A DNA stretch of 64,000 nucleotides from Methanobacteriota archaeon (GCA_002730095.1 PBZE01000050.1:6258-70257), one strand, 5' to 3'. Positions 1-9,053 are shown, counted from the first letter of the stretch. Numbers and translations: made by a program. The notes: generated by a model not told the origin, from the letters alone.

Positions 1-803
1 CTCATGGCTCAGAGGCTGGAGCCGAATTCCTAGACCGAATGACCAGAATGACAATCTCGATCTGTACTGCATTAGGATTCACAACTGGTATCGATGACGA
101 AGACCTGCCTCCTGAGGCTAAGGAGGAAATCGTAAAGATAAACAAGCGTGGAAGTGATGCAGTTGATGTTGAACTTGAGAAATTTGGAAAGGACGGTAGG
201 AGATACGAGTCGCGTCCGGGAAGGACGCCATTGGAGACGCTAGAGGAGAATATCTTGATGATTCTGGACGAAGCTAAGACTGAATCCGGTAACATTGCTA
301 AATCATTCCTCGGTTCTGACAACGCTGCGGTAATGATGGCAACTTCGGGCGCCAGAGGTTCCATGGATAACCTAGCTATGATGGCCGGCTCTATAGGTCA
401 GCCCAAGGTCCGTGGAAAGAGACTCGAGAGAGGCTATCAGGACAGGGTATTAGCACATTTCCCCAGGAATGCGAAGGGGGCCCAGGAGAAGGGATTCGTA
501 GGGTCCTCATTCAAGAGAGGACTTGAGCCAACTGAATTCTTTATGCTTTCAGTTTCTGGTCGCGAGTCACTGGTTGATACCGCTGTTAGGACCGCTAAGT
601 CAGGATACATGCAGAGGAGGCTAATCAATGCCATGGATGATCTGAAGGTGGTGGATGACGGAATGGGTTCTGTAAGAAATACGGCTAACAGAATTATACA
701 GTTCGAATATGGTGAGGACGGAGTAGATCCGGCCAGAAGTAGAGGAGGCCGGCCATTCGATGTTACTATGGTATTAGATGACGCATTAGGAGGTGAAAAC
801 TGA
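1..803 (+). CDS. rpoA1: DNA-directed RNA polymerase subunit A', C-terminal part (5' end outside window)
   Basis: The frame is open from the window edge ([32 protein letters not shown]...). It contains [12 protein letters not shown], typical of the A'/Rpb1 region. The TGA stop overlaps the next ATG (TGATG), the classical rpoA1-rpoA2 junction. Confidence 0.9.
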   Translation, partial: HGSEAGAEFLDRMTRMTISICTALGFTTGIDDEDLPPEAKEEIVKINKRGSDAVDVELEKFGKDGRRYESRPGRTPLETLEENILMILDEAKTESGNIAKSFLGSDNAAVMMATSGARGSMDNLAMMAGSIGQPKVRGKRLERGYQDRVLAHFPRNAKGAQEKGFVGSSFKRGLEPTEFFMLSVSGRESLVDTAVRTAKSGYMQRRLINAMDDLKVVDDGMGSVRNTANRIIQFEYGEDGVDPARSRGGRPFDVTMVLDDALGGEN

Positions 804-2374
804 TGGTCGTTAAGAGTGCAACAAAGAAAAAGCTCATGGATCTACAGATTGATGAGGAATATGCCCATAAGCTAGCAGATGACAGGAAATGGGATGATGT
901 CAAAGTCCTGACGCCTGGGCAAATAGCTCAGATATGTGGTATCGATTCAGGCACCGCCCAAAGAATCAGCGACCTCATGGCGGCTTCTTCCAAGTCTGCT
1001 AGAAGTGCAGCAGCCTCTACCGAGAAGACTGTTGTTAGGAGGAAGTCAGCAGCTGCCAGAAGGAGGAGGAAGTCAATGCTACCTCTGGAGGGATTCGATG
1101 ATGAATACAAGATGGGACAGATTCTCAGAGACGTAGACCATCACGATGAGATTTACCAGCAGCTACTTTCAGCTTCTGTTGATTCCAATGTCAGCCTCAC
1201 TCCGAGAATGATCATGGACCTCACAGAGGGAATAAGGTCTAGGGGAATAAAGAAGATTACCCCCTCCAAGGCCAAGAAAGTTATTGAATCGGCCCGCAAG
1301 TCATTGGTTTTGTCTAGAGCTGATCCACACGAGGCCGTAGGGATCACAACAGCACAATCCATCGGTGAGCCAGGTACTCAGATGACCATGAGGACTTTCC
1401 ACTATGCTGGTGTGGCAACTGTTAACGTTACTCAGGGACTTCCCAGAATCATCGAAATTGTGGATGCAAGAAAAACTCCAAACACCCCGACTATGAGAAT
1501 ATACCTCAATGAGAAGAATGCGAAAGGCAAGCCTCTGAGGACCAATGAGAAACTCGTCAGGGAAATTGCAGCGGGCCTTGAAGCAACAACCACTAGTGAT
1601 ATTGCAAATATTGACGTTGAGGTTGCTCAGAGGTATCTAAGCCTGAAATTGAACAAGTCAAACATGCGGTTGAAGAATATGACTGGTGCGGAAGTTCAAG
1701 ATAAGCTAAGTAGGGCTTTGAGGCTTTACATACAGGCTGATTCGGATGATAAGCCTTCTGAATTGAAAATCATACCAGGTGTTGCAAAGAAAGAAGACCT
1801 CGAAACACTTGCCACGGACCCTCCCACATATACTGATCTTCTACAGCTCGAAGACAAAATAAAGAAGCTACAGCTAAAGGGAATTAGGGGCATTGCTAGG
1901 GCTAATGTCCAGGCAGGGGACAATGACGAGTACTATATCTCTACCATAGGTTCCAATCTCCCTAAGGTAAGCGAATTCGCAGGCATAGACAGATCTAGGA
2001 CTTATACCAATAATATCAATGAAATTCAGGCCTATCTCGGCATAGAGGCCGCACGTCAGGCGATTATCAACGAGATGTATGATACTCTAGAAGGCGCCGG
2101 ACTTGATGTCGATGTTAGGCACTTGATTACGGTATCAGATGTAATGACAAGCAGTGGAGAGGTAAGGGCCATTGGTAGACATGGTGTCAGCGGAACCAAG
2201 CATAGCATTTTGGCTAGGTCCGCTTTCGAGGTAACAGTTTCCCACTTGCTAAGGGCTGGTATCATCGGTGAGAGAGACGAGCTAAGGGGAGTAACAGAAA
2301 ACATCGTAGTCGGCCAACCAATAGCACTTGGTACGGGCAGCGTCGATCTGTTCTATATTCCAGATGAGGCATAG
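803..2374 (+). CDS. rpoA2: DNA-directed RNA polymerase subunit A'' with an N-terminal extension of about 110 aa
   Basis: [33 protein letters not shown] and the C-terminal [17 protein letters not shown] match the A''/Rpb1 C-terminal portion. The start is coupled to the rpoA1 stop. Confidence 0.9.
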   Translation: MVVKSATKKKLMDLQIDEEYAHKLADDRKWDDVKVLTPGQIAQICGIDSGTAQRISDLMAASSKSARSAAASTEKTVVRRKSAAARRRRKSMLPLEGFDDEYKMGQILRDVDHHDEIYQQLLSASVDSNVSLTPRMIMDLTEGIRSRGIKKITPSKAKKVIESARKSLVLSRADPHEAVGITTAQSIGEPGTQMTMRTFHYAGVATVNVTQGLPRIIEIVDARKTPNTPTMRIYLNEKNAKGKPLRTNEKLVREIAAGLEATTTSDIANIDVEVAQRYLSLKLNKSNMRLKNMTGAEVQDKLSRALRLYIQADSDDKPSELKIIPGVAKKEDLETLATDPPTYTDLLQLEDKIKKLQLKGIRGIARANVQAGDNDEYYISTIGSNLPKVSEFAGIDRSRTYTNNINEIQAYLGIEAARQAIINEMYDTLEGAGLDVDVRHLITVSDVMTSSGEVRAIGRHGVSGTKHSILARSAFEVTVSHLLRAGIIGERDELRGVTENIVVGQPIALGTGSVDLFYIPDEA

Positions 2375-2385
2375 AGGGTGAAAAA

Positions 2386-2682
2386 ATGGATCTAACAAGA
2401 AATCTAAAGCAGGCTTTGAGCACAGGTAAAGTAATATTCGGCCAGAGGGAAACTATGGGCGCATGTTCCAAAGGAGATGCAAGACTGGTATTAGTCGCTG
2501 CTAACTGCCCAGACAAATTCCTATCCGACATTACAGAGTCCCATCCCAGCATACCAGTACATAGGATTTCCATGGTGAACAGACAATTAGGCGCAGCATG
2601 TGCGAGACCATTCTCAGTAAGCGCCTTATGTATTGTTGATCCAGGGCAGAGCGAATTACTTTCTCTGCAGCACAATCTCTGA
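2386..2682 (+). CDS. rpl30e: 50S ribosomal protein L30e
   Basis: The 98-aa protein contains GKVIFGQRET, LVLVAANCP and RQLGAACARPFSVSALCIVDPG, an L30e/L7Ae-fold pattern. A GAGGGTGA Shine-Dalgarno sequence lies upstream. The gene sits in the canonical position after rpoA2. Confidence 0.9.
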   Translation: MDLTRNLKQALSTGKVIFGQRETMGACSKGDARLVLVAANCPDKFLSDITESHPSIPVHRISMVNRQLGAACARPFSVSALCIVDPGQSELLSLQHNL

Positions 2683-2751
2683 ATGTAGAAATAGGCGTTT
2701 GTAACAATCTACTAGCGGACGCTTCAAGTCCCAATACTCCTTCAGTGTATC

Positions 2752-3693
2752 ATGGAAGACGCCGTAAGGCATCTGTTGCGGTCTAGAGGAATACGTCTCG
2801 ATCACCCAGAAAACAGCGCATCAGACACTGGCTTTTGTCTATTGGGAGTTGCTGAAAGAGTTCCCGATTTCGGCGAAAAAAGAGGAGAACCAGTAAATAT
2901 CTGGCATGTCAAATCCGATTTATTGCCAGTCAGTATGGCCGAATTTGAAAGATGGCTAGTCGATGCTCCTAGGGGCAGACACTGGCTACTAAGTGAGAGG
3001 AAGATGCCTGATAGATATGCAACCTTGTTGCCATCAGAATCAGAGATAGTCGTATGGGGCCCGAACGAAATGTCAGTGTGGCTCGGAGAGGCGATCTTGT
3101 CAGGGGACCTAAAGGTCACATCCCCAGTATCTCAGTCAGAAAATACCAAAATTGAGTACGATAATAAGGGAAAAACAGATCGAGATGTAGGTACAATAGA
3201 GCCGATAATCGACATTGAATCTTGGCTAATTCAGAAAGGGCTCGAAGAAGGAGCATTGACATATCCGATCCATCTGAATTGCATTATTTGGGATATAGAA
3301 GGAAATATTGTTTCCCCCTCTGGCGAGTCCGAACAAAAAACCTGGATGGTTCTTGAAGACCCTTGGACATCCTCAATATCGCTTTTCGACGGGTTTGACA
3401 ACCCCTCTTCCCCTCCGAGTTTGAGAGTACTGGACCCACCCGTTTCAAAATGGAAAGCACCAGATGAACTAATTTCCCAGCTACCATCCATATTGGATAC
3501 TAGAAGACGGGGGCAGATGGAAGACAACGATTCGTCTGTCAGAAGCATAATGCTTGAATGGTGGAGATTAGATACAAGCTCAACCAAAATTACGCCAATG
3601 CATATTGGGGTGCCTGCTTGGATTGTAAAAATCGCAGGAAAGGAAGACACTGTTCTGCATGGCATAAATGGTCGGACATTTCCATTTGCCTAA
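2752..3693 (+). CDS. Hypothetical protein (313 aa), with a possible weak PD-(D/E)xK-like N-terminal module
   Basis: This long ORF fills the gap between rpl30e and the coiled-coil operon. The N-terminus (SDTGFCLLGV...NIWHVKSD) loosely resembles a restriction-endonuclease/Hjc-like core. I recognise no firm family. Confidence 0.5.
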   Translation: MEDAVRHLLRSRGIRLDHPENSASDTGFCLLGVAERVPDFGEKRGEPVNIWHVKSDLLPVSMAEFERWLVDAPRGRHWLLSERKMPDRYATLLPSESEIVVWGPNEMSVWLGEAILSGDLKVTSPVSQSENTKIEYDNKGKTDRDVGTIEPIIDIESWLIQKGLEEGALTYPIHLNCIIWDIEGNIVSPSGESEQKTWMVLEDPWTSSISLFDGFDNPSSPPSLRVLDPPVSKWKAPDELISQLPSILDTRRRGQMEDNDSSVRSIMLEWWRLDTSSTKITPMHIGVPAWIVKIAGKEDTVLHGINGRTFPFA

Positions 3694-4562
3694 TTTCTCT
3701 GCAGCGACATAAGCTCTTCCGTTGACAACGTATCCCCAGACATCAGTTTAGACATTAAATCCGAAACCTCAGTCTTCTCTTCTGATTCTCCTCCATCGGT
3801 TCTCATCTCCATCGCCTTAATTATATCCTGTATGGAGTGAATACATCTGAGTGATACTATGTACAGGCTGTGTACGGAATCAGCCTCTTTCTTGGTCTTG
3901 GTTAGTCCTGCATGCGCGGAATTTGCCTGATCTCTCAATCGGTCTACTTCTTCAGACAGCTCCACCATTAAGTCATGAGATTCCTGGGCTGCTACGACTG
4001 CCTGCTCAACTCGGTTGTGAGCCTCTTCTTGCAATCTTTCAGCACTACGGACTCCCGACTTTAGATCACTTAATCTGCCTCCATCTTTGTTAGAAGCCTT
4101 CGCCTCCTTCAACTCCTGGCTGAGCTTCTTCATCTCTCTAAAGAATCCCTTTTCACTAGCCCCTGTGAATCCGCCTCTTTCGTATTTTCTTTCCAAGGCG
4201 TCCATTTTAGCCCTAATTTTTGTAGGCGAAGGTCCTGATTTGCGAGCTCCAGTCTCTCCACTTTCCTCGAGCCTAGAAAGGACCTCTCTCAATTCAGTTC
4301 TAATGGCCTTAAGTTCATCCGACCTCTCAGCTCTTTCAATTTTCAAATCCTTGACTTTCGAGTTAGCATCGTCCCGTGTTTCTTTCTGAGATCGGACTTC
4401 GGAAATGAGTTCCTTGACTTGGCGATTAACTTCATTTCTTGTGTCAAGATAAGCTCGAACTTTTGCATTCAGCTCATCTCGAAGATCTCGTTTTTCTTCG
4501 AGCCCCGCCTCGAGGGAATCCTTCACAGGTGCGAACACAGCATTGATTTCGTCAAGCTCCAA
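3690..4562 (-). CDS. Archaeal coiled-coil protein, paralogue 1 (COG1340-like, function unknown)
   Basis: The 290-aa protein is E/K/R/L-rich and heptad-like throughout. It has the central motif MDALERKYERGGFTGASEKGFFREMKKL and the C-terminal motif SGDTLSTEELMSLQ. A TTG start is preceded by GGGAGGAAG. Confidence 0.7.
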   Translation of the reverse strand: MELDEINAVFAPVKDSLEAGLEEKRDLRDELNAKVRAYLDTRNEVNRQVKELISEVRSQKETRDDANSKVKDLKIERAERSDELKAIRTELREVLSRLEESGETGARKSGPSPTKIRAKMDALERKYERGGFTGASEKGFFREMKKLSQELKEAKASNKDGGRLSDLKSGVRSAERLQEEAHNRVEQAVVAAQESHDLMVELSEEVDRLRDQANSAHAGLTKTKKEADSVHSLYIVSLRCIHSIQDIIKAMEMRTDGGESEEKTEVSDLMSKLMSGDTLSTEELMSLQRN

Positions 4563-4620
4563 GCGTCTTCCTCCCTAATCCGAATTTGAACTAACATTTA
4601 AGCACATATACAGCAATATC

Positions 4621-5589
4621 TCAATCTTCCCTATTGGTGGCAAGATTGCCTTTCCTAGGTCCTCTGCGAGATACTCCAATCTTCCGCCTTCTTTTTTGAG
4701 AATCGGATTTGGAGTCAGAGGATTTTACATTAGAATCTGAACTATTGCCAGCAAGATCCGAAAGGCTACCTGAACCCAATAATGCATCTAACTCTACAGT
4801 ACTTAGGGAACCCCCAGTCTGTGCCTTGGCCTTAATCTCGGAGAATCTGACCTTCCTATTTCTTCCTCCGGTCACCCTTTGATATGACCTAATCCTGGAG
4901 AGATTTTTCCGTAGTGTTTTCCTCTCGCTATCGATTGACTCCATTCTTTTGTCAATCTTGGTTATCCTCTTGCTGATTTTATTAACTTCGGACCTATTCG
5001 CCTTGCCTTCTGGACCAGATTCCGAAATCACCTGATCTTCCAACTCCTTTTTCTCCTTCCTACCTTCATCCAGCTTAGTAGTCACGTTCCTCATCTCTTT
5101 GGCCTTTTGGACGTATTCAGAGTGTGCAACTTCAGATTCAGACTTCTTAGAAATTGAAGCTTGAATTTCGAAGAATCTTCTGAATGCCTCCAACTCCCTA
5201 GGAAGAGTCGGTACTGCTGTTAGGTCGTTATCAATGGTAGTTAATCTTCTGTAAGTTTCTGAAAGCCACTCTTTTAGGACTTCCATAGGAGGAGGAATCA
5301 ATCTATTTACTTCGTCTCTTCTATTTCTAGACGAGTCTGCAGACTTTTTTAATTCATGGAATTGCCTAAGTAGCCCCCTCCTTTCAGAATTGGCCCCTTC
5401 CATCTCTCCGACAATATTTCTCAATGTCCTAACTCTGTTCACTAGGTCCATTCTCTCGGCCCTGAGGTCCCTCCTTTCGCCTTCAAGCGAACCTAGAGAA
5501 CGCTCTAGCTCACTTCTGAAGTCATGAATTTGATTCCCATCAAGCTCCTCAAGGTCTTGAAAGGAGCCATCTCCGATATTGTCACTCAT
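4621..5589 (-). CDS. Archaeal coiled-coil protein, paralogue 2, with a Lys/Arg-rich tail
   Basis: The 322-aa protein has the motifs IDNDLTAVPTLPRELEAFRRFF and TGGSLSTVELDALL, and the tail SQKRRRKIGVSRRGPRKG. Its ATG overlaps the stop of the upstream paralogue (ATGA at 5586-5589). Confidence 0.7.
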   Translation of the reverse strand: MSDNIGDGSFQDLEELDGNQIHDFRSELERSLGSLEGERRDLRAERMDLVNRVRTLRNIVGEMEGANSERRGLLRQFHELKKSADSSRNRRDEVNRLIPPPMEVLKEWLSETYRRLTTIDNDLTAVPTLPRELEAFRRFFEIQASISKKSESEVAHSEYVQKAKEMRNVTTKLDEGRKEKKELEDQVISESGPEGKANRSEVNKISKRITKIDKRMESIDSERKTLRKNLSRIRSYQRVTGGRNRKVRFSEIKAKAQTGGSLSTVELDALLGSGSLSDLAGNSSDSNVKSSDSKSDSQKRRRKIGVSRRGPRKGNLATNRED

Positions 5590-6401
5590 TCCTCTTCCTC
5601 CTTCCTCTTCCTAGTCTTCCTCGAAGCAAACGAAGAAGGCCCTCCTGACAAAACCCTATTCATATCAACAAGTAGATCATCAAATCCACTCACTTCGTCT
5701 CCAAAACCCGTAGAAACCTTCCCTTCCCAGAGAACTATTGCATCAGACGATTGAGAATAAAGCTCCTTCGCCCTATCTAATTGCCTTCGTGTATCTCTAA
5801 TTTCCGATTGCAGTTCAACCATCTTCTCATACAAAGGCTGTGCCTTTTCTACTGCCTTGAGCATTCTCGAATGGGCATATTCAGAAGTCTTGAAATTCGA
5901 AACCATGATTTTCCTAGAATCAAGATAATTTGACATTTCCGGATTGGAGGAACGCCTTTCCTTGAGCCACTTCTCGTTCTGTTCAATCAACTTCCTCCTT
6001 CTGGCAATTAGCTTTCCTTCTTCTTTATGATCCAATGCCGAGGTCTCAATCGTGGACTCAATATTCTCTAGCTCTTCTAGGAGCTTAACCTTCTTCCATT
6101 CCGGATCCAAATTAACCATTCCTCCGCTTTTTGATAGCACCTCTATTGATCCTTTGACTTCACTTAGTTTCTCTCTGGCAATGGCCTTGGCCGAATCTCT
6201 CTCCTTCTTTTTCTCGGCCACCAATTCATTGGCGGTTCTGTGAGCTTCTACCGCCCTTTTTACACGAGGAACTAGGGCTTCTTCCTCAACCTCTAAGTTC
6301 CTGATGACATTGGGAAGCTGCTCTTCCAAAGCTTTCCATCGAGCAAGAAGGCCTTCTGCAAGCTCTTTCGGCTTAACCTCCATCAGTCGTTCAACGTCCA
6401 T
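5586..6401 (-). CDS. Archaeal coiled-coil protein, paralogue 3, with a Lys/Arg-rich tail
   Basis: I take the start at the internal ATG 6401 (MDVERLMEVKPKEL). The ORF upstream of that is Cys/His/Arg-rich and looks non-coding. The motifs are IESTIETSALDHKEEGKLI and LSGGPSSF, and the tail is SRKTRKRKEEEE. Confidence 0.65.
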   Translation of the reverse strand: MDVERLMEVKPKELAEGLLARWKALEEQLPNVIRNLEVEEEALVPRVKRAVEAHRTANELVAEKKKERDSAKAIAREKLSEVKGSIEVLSKSGGMVNLDPEWKKVKLLEELENIESTIETSALDHKEEGKLIARRRKLIEQNEKWLKERRSSNPEMSNYLDSRKIMVSNFKTSEYAHSRMLKAVEKAQPLYEKMVELQSEIRDTRRQLDRAKELYSQSSDAIVLWEGKVSTGFGDEVSGFDDLLVDMNRVLSGGPSSFASRKTRKRKEEEE

Positions 6402-6433
6402 GATATTCCCGCCCACCCGGGACCGTCGGTTAA

Positions 6434-6450
6434 AGGTCACTATGTGACCT
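6434..6450. promoter_or_regulatory. Perfect inverted repeat AGGTCAC-tat-GTGACCT in a divergent intergenic region (candidate operator)
   Basis: I read it directly from the sequence. It lies 33-49 nt upstream of the coiled-coil operon ATG (6401) and 55-71 nt upstream of the ATG at 6505. Confidence 0.3.
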
Positions 6451-6504
6451 TGGCAGGGGTTTGTTTGATACGCCTTCACATCTCGCAAGTTTTGGGGGAC
6501 AGGT

Positions 6505-8178
6505 ATGAAGCATATCGCAAACTATGCATTGGCGGCAGTTTTCTTGCTCGTAATATCTGTCATAGTAACCGCCGATTCTGAAAATATATCTCCTCTGACT
6601 ATACAAGATTCAGAATTATGGGAAATTACAGTCATCGACCAGTCAACATTATCCCCCAATGGAAATCTGACAGTATCCAATGGAGATTATGTTAGTATTT
6701 CCGTAGAGGTTTCCAGCGATGTCAACCATCAAATAAATGGATCATGGGAATTTAAATTCCTTTCAGCTGGAATCTGGCAAAATTCAGCGATTCAAAATGT
6801 TTCATGGTTTCCCAATGAGACAAAAAACCTACAGGCAACCATTGGCCCATTTACCGAAGGCACATCTACAATAATTTTTGATGTAAATGTGGAAAATTCC
6901 CTACTCAATATTTCACAGATAAGAAATATTAGAGTGGCCCCGAATCCGGTAATTTTCAGCTCAGCTGGGGATTCTGTAATTGCCATCACTGGCGAGCCTG
7001 CATATGTTGGAGATACTTTGACTGCATCTATATTAGTTAAGAATCAGGGCGACACCGAAGGGCATGTATCACTCAGGCTTACGCATGATGAATCTTCAGA
7101 ATCATACATCGGGCAAAATGTCTCTATTAGCCCTGGATCGAGTAGGGAAGTATCAGTAGATTTCGATTTCACCACTCCGGGGGGGAAAGAAATGAGGTGG
7201 GATGTAATGAGTAACATTGGAGGAATTTCCCTCGAACTAAATGGTTCGCATTATGTAATGATCCTTCCTCAACAGCAAGTCGAACTAGGATTAGAATCCA
7301 GTGATTGGTCCATATCTGAAGGTTTGGAACTGAACTACTGGATCTCTCTGTCAGATGGGCCATCAAGGGATGTTGAAGTTTCCATCGGAGAGTACCAAGC
7401 AGGATCATTCTCCGAGATTCAAAGGTTCCCAGTTAAGCTGGATCAAGGCATCAGAAATCTACGATTTGAGATCCCCTTTCCCGATATCAATCTAGATAGA
7501 ATTAGGATTTCGGTATCTTCGGTCGATTGGTCGCCAGGGCAGATTTCTGATTTGTACATTGAGCTCACAAGACCACAACCATTGATCCAAATTTCATCGT
7601 GTACCCAAATACCATCTATTGTCGATATTTCCGAAACATTAACTTTAGAATGTGTATTTACCAATGTAGGTAATTCCGACTCGCTACCTGGTGATATCTC
7701 ATTACTGAGGGTTTCTGATGGAATGATATTCGAAGAGTCGGGAAAGGACTCAATTTCGATAGCTATCGACGAATCGAAGATGATATCGATGGTCATCAGC
7801 GAATGGATGGATGAGGGCTCGACCCCCCTAGAAGTAAGGTATTCTTCAGGCGATATTGTGACTTCTGCAAACATCACCATTCAGGCCAATCAAATCCCGT
7901 CAGAAGGATTCAAGTTACCATTCGATACATCTGCTGCGTTACTTGGTGCAGTGGCTGGTCTCGTAATTATGATGGTCACATTAGTTCTATGGAGGGTGGC
8001 CACTGAAAGAACCCCTTCCACGGTGACTGAGAGTTCTCCTTCTATTTCTAGGATTGAAAAGAGAAGGGGATCTGACAACATAGAGGTCTCTTGTCCGACA
8101 TGCAGTCAGAGGCTCAGTATACCAGGGGCCACATTGGAAGAGTTAGATGTCCAGCATGCACCAATAGCTTCGAAGTAG
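6505..8178 (+). CDS. Secreted, membrane-anchored CARDB-like repeat protein (upstream part of a frameshift-split gene)
   Basis: It has a signal peptide (MKHIANYALAAVFLLVISVIVTA) and CARDB-like segments (GDTLTASILVKNQGDTEGHVSLRL; LTLECVFTNVGNSD). A transmembrane helix (LLGAVAGLVIMMVTLVLW) follows. A half zinc ribbon (VSCPTCSQRLSIPG) then runs into a short out-of-context tail. Confidence 0.75.
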   Translation: MKHIANYALAAVFLLVISVIVTADSENISPLTIQDSELWEITVIDQSTLSPNGNLTVSNGDYVSISVEVSSDVNHQINGSWEFKFLSAGIWQNSAIQNVSWFPNETKNLQATIGPFTEGTSTIIFDVNVENSLLNISQIRNIRVAPNPVIFSSAGDSVIAITGEPAYVGDTLTASILVKNQGDTEGHVSLRLTHDESSESYIGQNVSISPGSSREVSVDFDFTTPGGKEMRWDVMSNIGGISLELNGSHYVMILPQQQVELGLESSDWSISEGLELNYWISLSDGPSRDVEVSIGEYQAGSFSEIQRFPVKLDQGIRNLRFEIPFPDINLDRIRISVSSVDWSPGQISDLYIELTRPQPLIQISSCTQIPSIVDISETLTLECVFTNVGNSDSLPGDISLLRVSDGMIFEESGKDSISIAIDESKMISMVISEWMDEGSTPLEVRYSSGDIVTSANITIQANQIPSEGFKLPFDTSAALLGAVAGLVIMMVTLVLWRVATERTPSTVTESSPSISRIEKRRGSDNIEVSCPTCSQRLSIPGATLEELDVQHAPIASK

Positions 8179-8402
8179 GAGTCAGGAATAATCCAACTTT
8201 GGAAGAAAAGCCTTCTGCCAGACAAGAGCCGGAAACACAGGAAATAATTTCAGAGGAGACACATCTAGAATCATCTTCGGATACTGATATTCTTTCATGC
8301 CCATCATGCGAACAGCTGCTTAAAGTACCATTAGAAAAAAGACCAGTTATGTCCAGATGTCCAGCATGCAGATCAGAATTTCAGGCACTAAGAGGCGATT
8401 AA
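8091..8402 (+). CDS. Downstream part of the split gene: cytoplasmic tail with MJ0042-type zinc ribbons
   Basis: The -1 frame reads GHIGRVRCPACTNSFEV, which completes the ribbon begun in the previous ORF. A second full copy, SCPSCEQLLKVPLEKRPVMSRCPACRSEFQAL, follows. The only own starts are a TTG or an internal ATG. Confidence 0.6.
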   Translation: MSDMQSEAQYTRGHIGRVRCPACTNSFEVGVRNNPTLEEKPSARQEPETQEIISEETHLESSSDTDILSCPSCEQLLKVPLEKRPVMSRCPACRSEFQALRGD

Positions 8403-9053
8403 ATGAGTGAACTTAGCGAATACGAAGAAATGTATCTGAAGAGAATTTTCGAAATTTATGATTCTGAGCCAAGCACGATTATTAAGACATCACAGCTTGC
8501 AAATGTAATGTCGGTTAGTAACGCATCTACTACTGAGATGATTCAGAGACTTTCTGAAAGAGACCTCCTCACATACATCCCATACAAAGGTTGTAGGCTG
8601 ACTCCCGAGGGATTCAAGATAGCCGCTCGAATTAAGAGGCGAGAGGGCCTACTACAAATCCTCTTAGCAGAGGTAATCGGTTTTGAAGGAGATGTAGATG
8701 AGGCCGCTTGTAAGATGGAGCATGATATGTCTCAAGACCTAGAGAAAGCCCTAGATAGGATGCTGGGATATCCGGAAAAAACACCCGATGGCCGAAAGAT
8801 TCCCGTCATTGAGAGGAAACTAGAGGTATTGCCGAAGAAATCTTTACTTCCACTTTCATTCATTCCAGTCGGATCATCCTCTAGGATTGAGGTTATTGCA
8901 GCTAACTCCACGGAAATCCGAACATTGGAAACACTGGGTCTGAAAGTAGGCTCCACAGTTATGAAAGAGGACAGCGGAATAACATGCGATGGGGTACCAT
9001 TGAAAATTAGTGAGTCATTGATGAAGAAGATATTATCCAGGATGGAGGAGTAA
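8403..9053 (+). CDS. DtxR/MntR-family metal-dependent transcriptional regulator with an FeoA/SH3-like C-terminal domain
   Basis: It contains EMYLKRIFEI, a winged HTH (TSQLANVMSVSNASTTEMIQRLSERDLL), RLTPEG and the metal-site region AACKMEHDMS. The ATG abuts the preceding TAA. Confidence 0.85.
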   Translation: MSELSEYEEMYLKRIFEIYDSEPSTIIKTSQLANVMSVSNASTTEMIQRLSERDLLTYIPYKGCRLTPEGFKIAARIKRREGLLQILLAEVIGFEGDVDEAACKMEHDMSQDLEKALDRMLGYPEKTPDGRKIPVIERKLEVLPKKSLLPLSFIPVGSSSRIEVIAANSTEIRTLETLGLKVGSTVMKEDSGITCDGVPLKISESLMKKILSRMEE

